A stretch of DNA of 64,000 bases, taken from positions 192,817 through 256,816 of the forward strand of contig CAWFCQ010000006.1 of NCBI GenBank assembly GCA_963814375.1, written 5' to 3'. The notes below the pieces were generated by a model. That model worked only from the letters and a program-made list of their open reading frames with translations, was not told where the DNA came from and searched no databases. Positions 44,927 through 54,738 of the stretch are shown here, piece after piece. The position numbers and the translations under genes are program-made. This DNA is from an uncultured Chloroflexia bacterium. Lineage in GTDB: Bacteria; Chloroflexota; Limnocylindria; QHBO01. Each line of letters begins with the position of its first letter. Within the stretch, counting starts at the first letter, position 1.

Positions 44927-47900
44927 GTGTCGCGTCGCCCCGCAGCCGTCGTCCTCCTGATCGCGATCCTCGCGACCGGACTGAGCCCGAACGCCGTTCG
45001 CGCGGCAGACCCGACACCGACGCCCGTTCCTTCTCCGACACCAGCCCCGACGCCGACTCCCGTCCCTTCGGCACCACCGGCTCCGACGCTGCCCCCGACT
45101 GCGCCCGCGGACGGCGCCATCGTGCTGGAGGATGGAACCGTCCTGCCGCCGATGCCGGTGGGTGGCGACCCATCCGTCCATGCCCAGATGCTGGCGGAGC
45201 ACGCCGGCGACCCCAACACCTTCGGAATCGGCGGGGAGCCGACGGTCCTGCTCGGTCCGGATGGTCGGATCTCGGCTGAGGCTGACGCCATCGGGCCGTC
45301 CGTGGTCACCGCCGAGGGCGGAATCGGCGGCATCACCGCGCTCCCCAACGGGATGCGGCGCGAGGTGCTCGGGTTCCTGCCGTACTGGATGCTCAACGAC
45401 TCGACGCTCGATTCGATGAACTACCACCTCGTGTCGACGATCGCCTACTTCAGCGTTGGGGCCACCTCCGCCGGCAACCTCGACAAGGGCACCGCCACCG
45501 CGCCGAGCACGGGATGGGCGGGATGGCGATCGGCCCAGATGACCCGGGTCATCGACCGCGCGCACGCCGCGGGAGTGCGGGTCGTGCTGACGGTGACGAT
45601 GATGGCGTGGGACAGCGCCGGCTATGCGCGGATGCGCACCCTCCTCACGTCGTCGGCGAACCGAGCCAAACTCGTGGCCCAGATCGTCGACGCGGTGCGA
45701 ACGCGCGGCGCGGATGGGGTGAACCTCGACTTCGAGATGGTGCCCAGCGACATGCGGGCGCAGTACACCTCGTTCGTGCGGCAGGTCAAGGCGGCCCTCA
45801 AGAGCGCCGGCGTGGGAGCCTACCTGACCGTCTGCACCACTGGAGGGGCGGCAACCTGGGCCACCGGCACCGACGTGGCCGCGCTCGTCGCAACTGGCGG
45901 CGCGGACCACCTCTTCGTGATGGGTTACGACTTCAGCTGGTCCGGGTCGGCCCGGGCGGGCGCCGTGGCTCCCATCGACAGCCCGTACGTGCTCGATGTG
46001 AGCAGCGCGATGGGCGACTTCCTGGAGCGGGTGCCCGCGTCGAAGATCATCTGGGGCGTTCCGTATTACGGCCGCGGCTGGAAGACGACCACCAGCCAGC
46101 TCAACGGCATCAGCAGCGGCGGATCGTTCTCGTACTACTACACCGGCCACCGGACCCAGGCCGCAACCTACGGGAGGCTATGGGACCCGGTCGGCAAGGT
46201 GCCGTGGTATCGCTACTACGACGGCGCCAAGGCGAGCTGGGTGCAGGTCTACTACGACGACGCCGCGTCGCTCGCGGTGAAGTACGACCTCGTCAACCGG
46301 CATCGGCTGGCCGGCACCGGGATGTGGACGCTGCTCATGGACGCGGGGCGACCCGAGCTGTGGCGCCTGCTCGCGGACAAGTTCGTGACCGACGGGGCGG
46401 CCCCGGTCGGCGGCGTGGCCACGCTTCCCCAGGTTACGCAGTCGGCCGCCTTCCCGGTCAGCTGGAAGGCGATCGACTACCAGTCCGGGCTCGCCCACTA
46501 CAACGTGCAGGTCCGCAATCGGAGCAGCGCAAGCTGGTCTTCCTGGCTGGTGGGCACGCACGCGACGAGCGCAACGTACATCGGCACGCCCGGGATCACC
46601 TACGAGTTCCGGGTCCAGGCGGTCGACTCGAGGGGTAACGCGCAGCCGTGGTTGACGGCCCCGGGTATGCGCTCGACCGTTACTCCTGGCTCCTTCGCGC
46701 GGTCGACCACGAGCCTCAACGTGCGCTCCGGCGCGGGCACCTCCTACGCCGCGCTCACGACGCTCGCGCCGTCCGAGCGGGTCTACGTCATGAGCGGGCC
46801 AGTCGTCGCCGGCGGCCTGAGCTGGTACCAGATCCAGTACGGATTCAAGGAGTGGCCGTCGTCGGAGTACGCGCTCATCGGCTGGGCGGCCCTGGGCGGC
46901 GCCGGCGCGAGCTATCTTGCGCCCGCCTATGCCCCGAACGTCACCCACGTTGATCCCTTCATCGACGGCTACGCCCGCACCGCGCCGGCCTTCAGTCCGA
47001 ACGGCGACGGGCGGCTCGACTCGATCGGCGTGCGCTACACGCTGCCGCGCGCCGTCGACGCGATTCGGATGGACGTGGTCGACGCCGCGGATCGCCTCGT
47101 GCGCAGGGTCAGCTTCCCCGCCCAGGCCGCGGGTCAGCGGCAGGTCATCTGGGACGGTCGCACCACGGCCGGGGCGGTCGCGCCCAACGGGCGCTATCTC
47201 ATCAAGATCTTCGCGACCGACGACGGGGTCACCTACGCGGCGCCCTCCGCGGCGGGGGCTCACAATGTTGTCGCCGCCTGGGGCATCACGCTCGATACCG
47301 ATGCTCCGGCGGTCGGAGTCGCCACTCCAGTCGCGAACGCGGCACTCCTATCGGCGGCCACGCGGTTCCACATCACCTTCGACGAGGCAGTCACCGGGCT
47401 GACGGGGGCGAACGTCAGCCTCGTGCGCGTGGGCGGCGCCGCGGCGGCGGTGACTCTCTCGTGGAGCCCGGCCACCCGCACCCTTACCGTCGCGCCCGAG
47501 TCGCTCCTGGCGGTCGCGGCCGAGTATCGATTGAGCCTCGGCTCCGGCATCACCGACCAGGCCGGCAATCCACTCGGGCCAAGGTCGATCGCGGTCACCA
47601 CTGCGCCGGGTCAGGGGTTCAAGCCGACGAGGACCGTGCGCGTCCTGCCCGGCAGTCATGCTGGCTACCGGATCGGCGCCGGCGGCGATGTGCTCGGCCT
47701 GCGCATCGCCGCCTTCTCCGCCGCGTCGGGGGCGGCAGTCGGCCATCGTGCCAGCCTGCCCAATCTGCCCGGGCGCTGGCTCCACGTCGAGAACGGGCTG
47801 TGGGCCGGCATGTGGCTCCAGGAGTCGGCGTTGCATGGGCTGGCGGGCGAGACGGAGCGGGTCTCGGTTCCGGCGACGACCCGCCTGACCTTCGCCGCCG

Positions 47901-48337
47901 GAGCGCACATCGGGTATCGCTACTCGACGGCGGGCGGCGTCACCGCGCAGCGCACGGGAACACTGCTGCGTGCCTCGGGCGCCAACGTGAGCGCCCGCGC
48001 GATCATCAATGGGCGGCCGCATTGGCTCGTCACCAACGGCCACTGGGCCGGCTGGTGGGTGCCCGAGTCGAGCGTCGCCTATCGCGCCGGCTACCTCGAG
48101 CGAACGACCTTCGCGCCGCATCTGCGGCTCCGCTTCAGCCCGGGCAGCCACACCGGGTATATCTACTCCCCGGCAGGTGCGCGCAGCGCGGCGATGACGG
48201 CGACCCTGACCGGGGCGTCGGGGGCGCCGGCATCGGCGTGGGCGGTCATCAACGGGCGTCCGCACTATCTCGTGGCAGCGGGCATCTGGGCCGGCCGGTG
48301 GGTTCCGGAGAGCGACAAGATCACCCTCGCACCCTGA
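44927..48337 (+). CDS. Secreted GH18 hydrolase with FN3-like, SH3b, FlgD-like Ig, Big_5 domains and triple C-terminal repeat
   Basis: Signal peptide, PT linker, DGVNLDFE, VMGYD, GVPYYG, LNVRSGAG, FSPNGDG..WDG..G.Y, DQAGN. Confidence 0.9.
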   Translation: MSRRPAAVVLLIAILATGLSPNAVRAADPTPTPVPSPTPAPTPTPVPSAPPAPTLPPTAPADGAIVLEDGTVLPPMPVGGDPSVHAQMLAEHAGDPNTFGIGGEPTVLLGPDGRISAEADAIGPSVVTAEGGIGGITALPNGMRREVLGFLPYWMLNDSTLDSMNYHLVSTIAYFSVGATSAGNLDKGTATAPSTGWAGWRSAQMTRVIDRAHAAGVRVVLTVTMMAWDSAGYARMRTLLTSSANRAKLVAQIVDAVRTRGADGVNLDFEMVPSDMRAQYTSFVRQVKAALKSAGVGAYLTVCTTGGAATWATGTDVAALVATGGADHLFVMGYDFSWSGSARAGAVAPIDSPYVLDVSSAMGDFLERVPASKIIWGVPYYGRGWKTTTSQLNGISSGGSFSYYYTGHRTQAATYGRLWDPVGKVPWYRYYDGAKASWVQVYYDDAASLAVKYDLVNRHRLAGTGMWTLLMDAGRPELWRLLADKFVTDGAAPVGGVATLPQVTQSAAFPVSWKAIDYQSGLAHYNVQVRNRSSASWSSWLVGTHATSATYIGTPGITYEFRVQAVDSRGNAQPWLTAPGMRSTVTPGSFARSTTSLNVRSGAGTSYAALTTLAPSERVYVMSGPVVAGGLSWYQIQYGFKEWPSSEYALIGWAALGGAGASYLAPAYAPNVTHVDPFIDGYARTAPAFSPNGDGRLDSIGVRYTLPRAVDAIRMDVVDAADRLVRRVSFPAQAAGQRQVIWDGRTTAGAVAPNGRYLIKIFATDDGVTYAAPSAAGAHNVVAAWGITLDTDAPAVGVATPVANAALLSAATRFHITFDEAVTGLTGANVSLVRVGGAAAAVTLSWSPATRTLTVAPESLLAVAAEYRLSLGSGITDQAGNPLGPRSIAVTTAPGQGFKPTRTVRVLPGSHAGYRIGAGGDVLGLRIAAFSAASGAAVGHRASLPNLPGRWLHVENGLWAGMWLQESALHGLAGETERVSVPATTRLTFAAGAHIGYRYSTAGGVTAQRTGTLLRASGANVSARAIINGRPHWLVTNGHWAGWWVPESSVAYRAGYLERTTFAPHLRLRFSPGSHTGYIYSPAGARSAAMTATLTGASGAPASAWAVINGRPHYLVAAGIWAGRWVPESDKITLAP
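45011..45100 (+). repeat. Pro/Thr low-complexity linker (PTPTPVPSPTPAPTPTP)
   Basis: Imperfect CCGAC/CCGAC-like repeats encoding PT dipeptides. Confidence 0.7.
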
Positions 48338-48392
48338 CCCACCCGCCCACGACGCCGGGCGGCCGTCGCCGGGCCGCTAGAATCGGCGCCTG

Positions 48393-49127
48393 ATGACCAC
48401 CGCACCCGCGGCGCGGCGCACCGATGGCCGCGTCCTGAACCAGCTCCGCCCGGTCAAGATCGTCCCCGACTACCTGAAGTTCGCCGAGGGCTCGGTCCTC
48501 ATCCGGGTCGGCGATACGCGAGTGATCTGCGCCGCAACGATCGAGGACCGCGTCCCCGGCTGGATGCGCGGCAAGGGGCGGGGCTGGGTCACCGCCGAGT
48601 ACAGCATGCTTCCTCGCGCCGGGACCGAGCGCAGCCAGCGGGAGGCCGCGAGGGGCTCCATCGGCGGGCGGACGCACGAGATCCAACGGCTGATCGGCCG
48701 ATCCCTTCGCGGCGTCATCGACATGGGCCGCCTCGGTGAGCGCACGATCACGCTCGACTGCGACGTCATCCAGGCCGACGGGGGCACGCGCACGGCCAGC
48801 ATCACCGGCGCCTACGTGGCGCTCGCGCGCGCCCTGAATCGCTACGGGATGGGGCAGCTGATGACCGGGCAGGTAGCGGCCGTCAGCGTTGGGCTCGTCA
48901 ACGGCCAGGCCCATCTCGATCTCGACTACAGCGAGGACTCGACCGCCGAGGTCGACTTCAACGTCGTCATGACCGATGACGACCGGCTGATCGAGGTCCA
49001 GGGCACCGCCGAGCACGGCAGCTTCAGCCGCGCCCAGATGGATGCGATGGTCGACCTCGCCGCCGCGGGCATCCGACAGCTCTTCGCGCTCCAGCGATCG
49101 GCGATCGACGCGCCTCCCGGCGAGTGA
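48393..49127 (+). CDS. rph: Ribonuclease PH
   Basis: [48 protein letters not shown]; TAGAAT 9 nt upstream. Confidence 0.97.
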   Translation: MTTAPAARRTDGRVLNQLRPVKIVPDYLKFAEGSVLIRVGDTRVICAATIEDRVPGWMRGKGRGWVTAEYSMLPRAGTERSQREAARGSIGGRTHEIQRLIGRSLRGVIDMGRLGERTITLDCDVIQADGGTRTASITGAYVALARALNRYGMGQLMTGQVAAVSVGLVNGQAHLDLDYSEDSTAEVDFNVVMTDDDRLIEVQGTAEHGSFSRAQMDAMVDLAAAGIRQLFALQRSAIDAPPGE

Positions 49128-49137
49128 AACCGGGCGA

Positions 49138-49728
49138 GTGACCCGTCGCCTGCTGCTGGCGACCACGAACGCGGGGAAGCAGGCCGAGTTCCGGCGCCTC
49201 CTTCTCGGGCTACCGGGCGAGGTGGTGACGCCCGACGAGCTGGGGATCGATCTCGCCGTCGAGGAGCCGTACGACACCTACGCAGAGAACGCGACGGCCA
49301 AGGCGGTCGCGTTCGCGCACGCCGCCGGGCTGCCGGCACTCGCCGATGACTCCGGCATCGAGGTCGCGGCGCTCGCCTGGGGTCCCGGTGTCCGCAGCGC
49401 GCGCTGGGGCGGCGGCCGCAATGCCGAGCGCCTGAGGGAGACCCTGGCCGGTGAGCGCGACCGCCGCGCACGAATGGTGTGCGTCCTGGCGCTGGCCATC
49501 CCCGGCGCATCGGAGCCTGACGTCGAGCTCTTCCGAGGAGTGATCGCCGGCGTGGTCGCCGAGACTCCCCGCGGCAGCGGAGGATTCGGGTACGACCCGA
49601 TCTTCGAGCTGCCCGACGGCCGGACCACGGCCGAGCTGGCCGAAGCCGACAAGGATCGCATCAGCCACCGCGGGCGGGCGGTGGCCGCGGCGCTTCCGCG
49701 CCTGCGCGCGCTGCTCACCTCGGACTAG
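49138..49728 (+). CDS. rdgB: Non-canonical purine NTP pyrophosphatase (Ham1)
   Basis: ATTNAGK..E, ENA..KA, ADDSG, PGVRSAR, GFGYDPIF, SHRG. Confidence 0.95.
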   Translation: MTRRLLLATTNAGKQAEFRRLLLGLPGEVVTPDELGIDLAVEEPYDTYAENATAKAVAFAHAAGLPALADDSGIEVAALAWGPGVRSARWGGGRNAERLRETLAGERDRRARMVCVLALAIPGASEPDVELFRGVIAGVVAETPRGSGGFGYDPIFELPDGRTTAELAEADKDRISHRGRAVAAALPRLRALLTSD

Positions 49729-49769
49729 CCCATCGGTCCCGGCTTGCCGGCGACCATGGTCCGGTCGCA

Positions 49770-49846
49770 GCCGGCTTCGGCAGAGAGGTAGGGTCTGGTG
49801 AGCACGCGAGGGCGGCGCCGCGCGACCGCTCCCTCGTGACCGCACC
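49770..49846 (+). promoter_or_regulatory. Structured upstream element copy 2 (hairpin-N4-AGGTAGGGTCT-hairpin)
   Basis: GCCG-GCTT-CGGC, AGAG, AGGTAGGGTCT, GGTG..CGAGGG..CCCTCG..CACC. Confidence 0.5.
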
Positions 49847-49875
49847 GCACCGAACCCCACCGGAGCCCACGCGCC

Positions 49876-52569
49876 GTGTCCCGAGTTTCCGCTCTCCTCC
49901 TCGCCACCCTCCTGCTCATGGTCAGCGCCGTTCCCGTCGGCGCCCGCGCCCCCGAGGGCGACGCGCCGGCTCCCGCTGGCGACGTGATCCCGGGCGAGGT
50001 AATCGTCCAGTTCCGCAACGCATCAGGGCCGGAAGCCGTCCGAGGCCGAGGCCTCGAGATCGTGTCCGCTCTGGATGGATCGGCCGCACCGGCCGCACCG
50101 GCCGGAGTCCCCACGCTGGTCTCGACCGAGGGTCGCGGGGTGACCGAAGTGATCGCCGAGCTGGCGGCCGATCCGTCCGTGGCCCGCGTCGAGCCGAACT
50201 ACATCGTCCACCTGGCCGACGAGGGCAGCGTCAATGCCGTCGGCGTCAACGATCCCGGCAGCGGCGACCAGTATTCGCTCGATCGCATGCGGGTACGCGA
50301 CGCGTGGTCGATCACTCGGGGCGGAGCGAACGTGATCGCGGTGCTCGACACCGGCGTCCAGCTGAACCATCCGGACCTCGCTGGCCGCATCGTTGCGGGC
50401 CATGACTTCGTCAACGACGATGCCAGCGCAGCCGACGACAACGGTCACGGCACGTGGGTCTCCGGCATCGTCGCGGCGAACGCCAACGACGGCTATGGCG
50501 TCGCCGGGATCAGCTGGACCGACCGGGTGATGCCGATCAAGGTGATGAACCGGGAGGGGACGGGGAGCACCGCCGACCTGATGGCCGGGATCCGATGGGC
50601 GGCCGATCACGGCGCCGACGTCATCAACATGAGCGTCGGCGGCTTCCCGTACTCCGGACTCATGCAGGACGCGGTCAACTACGCCTGGGGCAAGGGGGTC
50701 GTCCTCGTCGGCGCCGCCGGCAACAACCGACGCGACGAGACCTACTATCCCGCGAGCTTCGACAACGTCGTCAGCGTCAGCGCGACGCAGCCTCAGGACG
50801 AGTTCAGCAACTGGTCCAGCTACGGTTCCAGGGTCGACGTCAGCGCGCCGGGCGCGTCGGTGCTGACCACGAACTGCTACGCGTGCACCTACGGCGATCA
50901 CGATTCGTGGGGGACGCACACGTTCATCAGTGGCACGAGCTTCGCAACACCGAATGTCGCTGGCGTCGTCGCCCTCATCCGCGCTCGCCAGCCAACGTCG
51001 AGCCCGCAATCGGTGGTCGATCGTCTCGTCGGTACCGTCGACGATCTCGGCTATCCCGGATGGGACAAGCGCTACGGAGCCGGCCGCGTCAACGCCTACC
51101 GCGCGGTCGGTGGGAGCCCGGCGTCGGTGGCGCGAGTCCTCGGCGATGCCAGCGAGGGCAACAACACACTCGCCGACGCCACCCCGGTGGCGCTAGGCGC
51201 AACCGTGCGGCCGTCGATCCATCCGGCCGGCGACGTCGATCTCTTCGCCGTCGACCTGCCCCGAGCCGGAAAGATCGAGGTTCGCGTCACCGGGATCGTG
51301 GACAGCCGGGCGTATCCGTGGAACAAGAGCGGGTTGCCGGTCGATCCGGTCGTCGAGATCATGTCGACCGCCGGCGCCGTGCTGACCAGGGTGGACCGCG
51401 AGCTGGAGGGCGGCACCGAGCTCGCCACGTGGAGCGTCGGGGGTGCCACGAGGGTTCTCGTGCGCGTGTCGAACTGGTATCCGAGCGGGAATCCCGCCGC
51501 GTTCACGCTCACGACCGCCTTCCTCGACGAGGTTCCGCCACGCGTCCTTGGTCTGCTGCCGCGACCGAACTCCACGATGGTCCCGACCGGGACCTCGATC
51601 AGCTTCACGCTCTCCGAGCCCGTCTCGGGGATCGACGCCGACAGCGTGACGCTGCGCACGACCGGGGGTCTCCATCTCCCGGCCGCGGTCAGCTATCACG
51701 CGGCCAGCCGTCGCGTCACGATGGTGCCCGCGGCGGTTCTGCCGAGCGGGACGAAGATCGTCCTCGAGCTGTCGGGGGCCATTCGCGACACGGCCGGGCT
51801 GGCACTGACGAGCAGCTCGTACCGCTTCACCACCATGCCCGGCGTGACCTTCGTGCCCTCGCGGAGGATCACCTTCGCGACCGGCGTGCACGTGGGCCAC
51901 CGGCTCGCCGCTGACGGCGCGGTGCTGGGCCTGCGCACGGCTTCGCTGGCCCGAACATCCGGCGCCACGAGCCTGCAGCGCGCGGAGCTCCCGAACCTCC
52001 CCGGCGGGTGGCTGTACGTGCATGATGGCCATTGGTCCGGACTCTGGATGCAGGAAGGGCCACGCGCCTGGGTCCCCGGGACCAGCGACCAGCAGCCACT
52101 CTCGCCGACGACCAGGATCGCCCTCGCCAAGGGTGTCCATGTCGGCCGGCTGTACAACGCATCCGGAGGCACGGTCCGGACGAGGTCGCTCTCGCTGGGC
52201 CGCGCCTCGGGCGCCAATGTCGACGCGCTGGCGGTCATCAACGGCCGTCGCCACTATCGCGTCGTCAACGGGGTTCTCGCCGGCATGTGGGTGCGCGAGT
52301 CGACAAGCGCGTACCGCCCCGGCTTCGCCGACTGGAGGAGCTTCGCTCCCCTCCGCCGCATCCAGCTGGGCGCCGGAACCCACACCGGCCTCGTCCTCGA
52401 TGCCGACGGGGACCGGCTGCGCACGATCTCGGCGCGTCTGGCCCGGACATCCGGCGCATCGGTGTCGGCCTGGGCGGTCGTGAACGGCCAGGCCAGGGTC
52501 CGCGTGACGAGCGGCGTCTGGGCCGGCGCATGGCTCCTGGCCGACGAGGTCCTCGCCTACGAGCGTTGA
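49876..52569 (+). CDS. Secreted S8 subtilase with PPC-like, Big_5 domains and triple C-terminal repeat
   Basis: Signal peptide; catalytic VLDTG, HGT, GTSFATP; AAGN. Confidence 0.93.
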   Translation: MSRVSALLLATLLLMVSAVPVGARAPEGDAPAPAGDVIPGEVIVQFRNASGPEAVRGRGLEIVSALDGSAAPAAPAGVPTLVSTEGRGVTEVIAELAADPSVARVEPNYIVHLADEGSVNAVGVNDPGSGDQYSLDRMRVRDAWSITRGGANVIAVLDTGVQLNHPDLAGRIVAGHDFVNDDASAADDNGHGTWVSGIVAANANDGYGVAGISWTDRVMPIKVMNREGTGSTADLMAGIRWAADHGADVINMSVGGFPYSGLMQDAVNYAWGKGVVLVGAAGNNRRDETYYPASFDNVVSVSATQPQDEFSNWSSYGSRVDVSAPGASVLTTNCYACTYGDHDSWGTHTFISGTSFATPNVAGVVALIRARQPTSSPQSVVDRLVGTVDDLGYPGWDKRYGAGRVNAYRAVGGSPASVARVLGDASEGNNTLADATPVALGATVRPSIHPAGDVDLFAVDLPRAGKIEVRVTGIVDSRAYPWNKSGLPVDPVVEIMSTAGAVLTRVDRELEGGTELATWSVGGATRVLVRVSNWYPSGNPAAFTLTTAFLDEVPPRVLGLLPRPNSTMVPTGTSISFTLSEPVSGIDADSVTLRTTGGLHLPAAVSYHAASRRVTMVPAAVLPSGTKIVLELSGAIRDTAGLALTSSSYRFTTMPGVTFVPSRRITFATGVHVGHRLAADGAVLGLRTASLARTSGATSLQRAELPNLPGGWLYVHDGHWSGLWMQEGPRAWVPGTSDQQPLSPTTRIALAKGVHVGRLYNASGGTVRTRSLSLGRASGANVDALAVINGRRHYRVVNGVLAGMWVRESTSAYRPGFADWRSFAPLRRIQLGAGTHTGLVLDADGDRLRTISARLARTSGASVSAWAVVNGQARVRVTSGVWAGAWLLADEVLAYER

Positions 52570-52572
52570 CCG

Positions 52573-52578
52573 TACAAT
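52573..52578 (+). promoter_or_regulatory. Putative -10 box TACAAT for polysaccharide operon
   Basis: Near-consensus hexamer right after the S8 stop. Confidence 0.55.
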
Positions 52579-52639
52579 CGGCCATCGTGAGCCGCATCGT
52601 GACGCCGAAACCGCGCCGCCCGGACCCGCCGGCATACCG

Positions 52640-54148
52640 GTGAGGCTGCGCACCCTCCTTCGCGGCTCGCTCTTCTACACGGTCGGGAACTTCCTCCCGC
52701 GCATCGGCGCGTTCCTGCTCCTGCCGATTTACACCGCTGCCATGGGCCCCGAGGAGTTCGGCACCTTCTCGTTGATGCTCTCGCTCTCGGTCGTGTTGGG
52801 GCTCATCTACCGCCTGGGCCTCGACGGCTCCCTGATGCGGCTCCACTTCGACCTGAAGGGCCGCGACCGGGCCGATCTCTACCTGACCCTGACGATCACG
52901 ACGGCGGTCGTCGGCGCTGCCCTCTCGCTCCTGCTCGCGGTCGTTGCCGCCCCGTTCTTCGGGACCCTCTTCGCCGGGACCCCGTTCTGGCCGTTCGGGC
53001 CGATCACGCTGGCGCTCACCTTCCTCCTGTCCTTCCAGTACGTGCCCTCCTCGTGGCTGCGCGCGGGCGAGCTGCCGGGGCGCTTCCTGGTCCTGACCCT
53101 CGCGTCGTTCGCGGCGGGGATCATGGGCACTCTGCTCTTCGTTCTCGTCCTCGACGGCGGGGCGGTCGGTGCGCTGCTCGGGCAGATCACTGCCGCGATC
53201 ATCGTCGTGCTCGCGGCCGGGCTCGTCCTGCTGCGCATCGGCGCAAGGCGCTTCCGCCCGGATCTCCTGCGTCGCTCGCTCGCGTTCGGACTGCCACTGC
53301 TGCCGCATTCGCTCTCGGCCTGGGTGCTCAACCTCTCAGATCGCTGGCTGATCGGCCTCCTCGTGGCGGGAGGAGCGGCCGCGGCGCAGACGGCGATCGG
53401 GGTCTACTCGTTCGGATACCTGCTCGGCCAGGTGGTGGGGATCGTGGCCTTCTCGTTCAATGCCGCCTGGGCGCCCTTCTTCTATCAGCGCGGCGCGCGC
53501 CCCGAGGGCCCTCGCCTGCTGCGCGAGATGACGACCCTGTCGATCGCCGGCCTCGCGATCCTGGCCGCCGGGATCGGGCTGCTCGCCCCGGAGCTGACCG
53601 CGCTCCTCGCCGGCGACGCCTGGGGCGACGCGCTCGACGAGGCGGCTCGGATCACGCCCATCGTGGCGGTGGCATCGGTTGCCTACGGCGTGTACTTCAT
53701 GGTCGTGAGCCCGATCTTCCTCGAGCGGCGCACGCGGGTTCTTCCCGGCATCACGATCGCGGCCGGCGCGCTGAACGTGGGCCTCAATCTCATCCTCATC
53801 CCCACGGTCGGGATCGTCGGCGCCGCGTGGGCCACCCTGGCCGGCTACATCGCCCTGGCCGCGATCACGACCTGGGTAGCGGGGCGGATGTACGCGCTCG
53901 AGCTGGACATCGGGCGGCTCGCCCTCATCTTCGCCGGCCTGGTGGCGCTTCTCGTCGGAGGAACGGCGGCCACGGCCCCGATTGCGGGGACGCCAGCCGG
54001 TGGTTTGGCCCACGTCGTGATCGCGCTCGCCTTCGCGGGCGGCGTGGCGCTGGTTGCCCGCCGTTCGCTGACGAGCCTGCGCCTGGCGATCTCGGAGGAG
54101 GCCCCGGACGATCCCGGTATCATGGCCGCTCCAGAGGAGAACACATGA
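52640..54148 (+). CDS. Polysaccharide flippase (Wzx/MOP family)
   Basis: About 14 TM; LLLPIYT..GPEEFG, FGLPLLP, SDRWLI, LNLILIP..GIVGAA. Confidence 0.92.
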   Translation: MRLRTLLRGSLFYTVGNFLPRIGAFLLLPIYTAAMGPEEFGTFSLMLSLSVVLGLIYRLGLDGSLMRLHFDLKGRDRADLYLTLTITTAVVGAALSLLLAVVAAPFFGTLFAGTPFWPFGPITLALTFLLSFQYVPSSWLRAGELPGRFLVLTLASFAAGIMGTLLFVLVLDGGAVGALLGQITAAIIVVLAAGLVLLRIGARRFRPDLLRRSLAFGLPLLPHSLSAWVLNLSDRWLIGLLVAGGAAAAQTAIGVYSFGYLLGQVVGIVAFSFNAAWAPFFYQRGARPEGPRLLREMTTLSIAGLAILAAGIGLLAPELTALLAGDAWGDALDEAARITPIVAVASVAYGVYFMVVSPIFLERRTRVLPGITIAAGALNVGLNLILIPTVGIVGAAWATLAGYIALAAITTWVAGRMYALELDIGRLALIFAGLVALLVGGTAATAPIAGTPAGGLAHVVIALAFAGGVALVARRSLTSLRLAISEEAPDDPGIMAAPEENT

Positions 54149-54738
54149 CGGACCGCGCTGCCCGCATACATCCCACGGCCGAGGTGGCCGACGAGGCTTC
54201 CGTCGGCACGGGCACCAGCATCTGGAACCACTCGCAGGTCCGCGAGCGAGCGCGCATTGGCGCCGACTGCATCCTCGGCAAGAACGTCTATGTCGACGCC
54301 GACGTCGTCATCGGCGACCGGGTCAAGATCCAGAACAACGTGAGCGTCTTCCACGGGGTGACGATCGAGGATGGCGTCTTCGTCGGTCCTCACGTGTGCT
54401 TCACCAACGATCGGATGCCGCGGGCGGTGAACGCGGACGGCACGCCCAAGACCGATGACGACTGGGAGATCTCACCGATCCTCGTGCGACGCGGAGCGGC
54501 GCTGGGCGCGAACAGCACGATCCTGCCGGGCGTGACGATCGGCCGCTGGGCGATGGTCGGAGCAGGGAGCGTCGTGACCCGCGACCTGGCCGATCACGAG
54601 CTCGCTGCCGGCAACCCGGCGCGGCGGCTCGGCAGCGCGTGCCCGTGCGGACAGCCGCTGCGCGACGTGGATGGCCAGCCATTCAGCGGTCCCTGCCCTC
54701 GTTGCGGCGAGACGTTCCCGCCGGCGGATCCCGCGTGA
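54145..54738 (+). CDS. Hexapeptide N-acetyltransferase, WbpD/WlbB-like
   Basis: IHPTA, VKIQNNVS, GP..CFTND..PR, GNPAR, C-terminal CPCG..CPRC. Confidence 0.88.
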   Translation: MTDRAARIHPTAEVADEASVGTGTSIWNHSQVRERARIGADCILGKNVYVDADVVIGDRVKIQNNVSVFHGVTIEDGVFVGPHVCFTNDRMPRAVNADGTPKTDDDWEISPILVRRGAALGANSTILPGVTIGRWAMVGAGSVVTRDLADHELAAGNPARRLGSACPCGQPLRDVDGQPFSGPCPRCGETFPPADPA

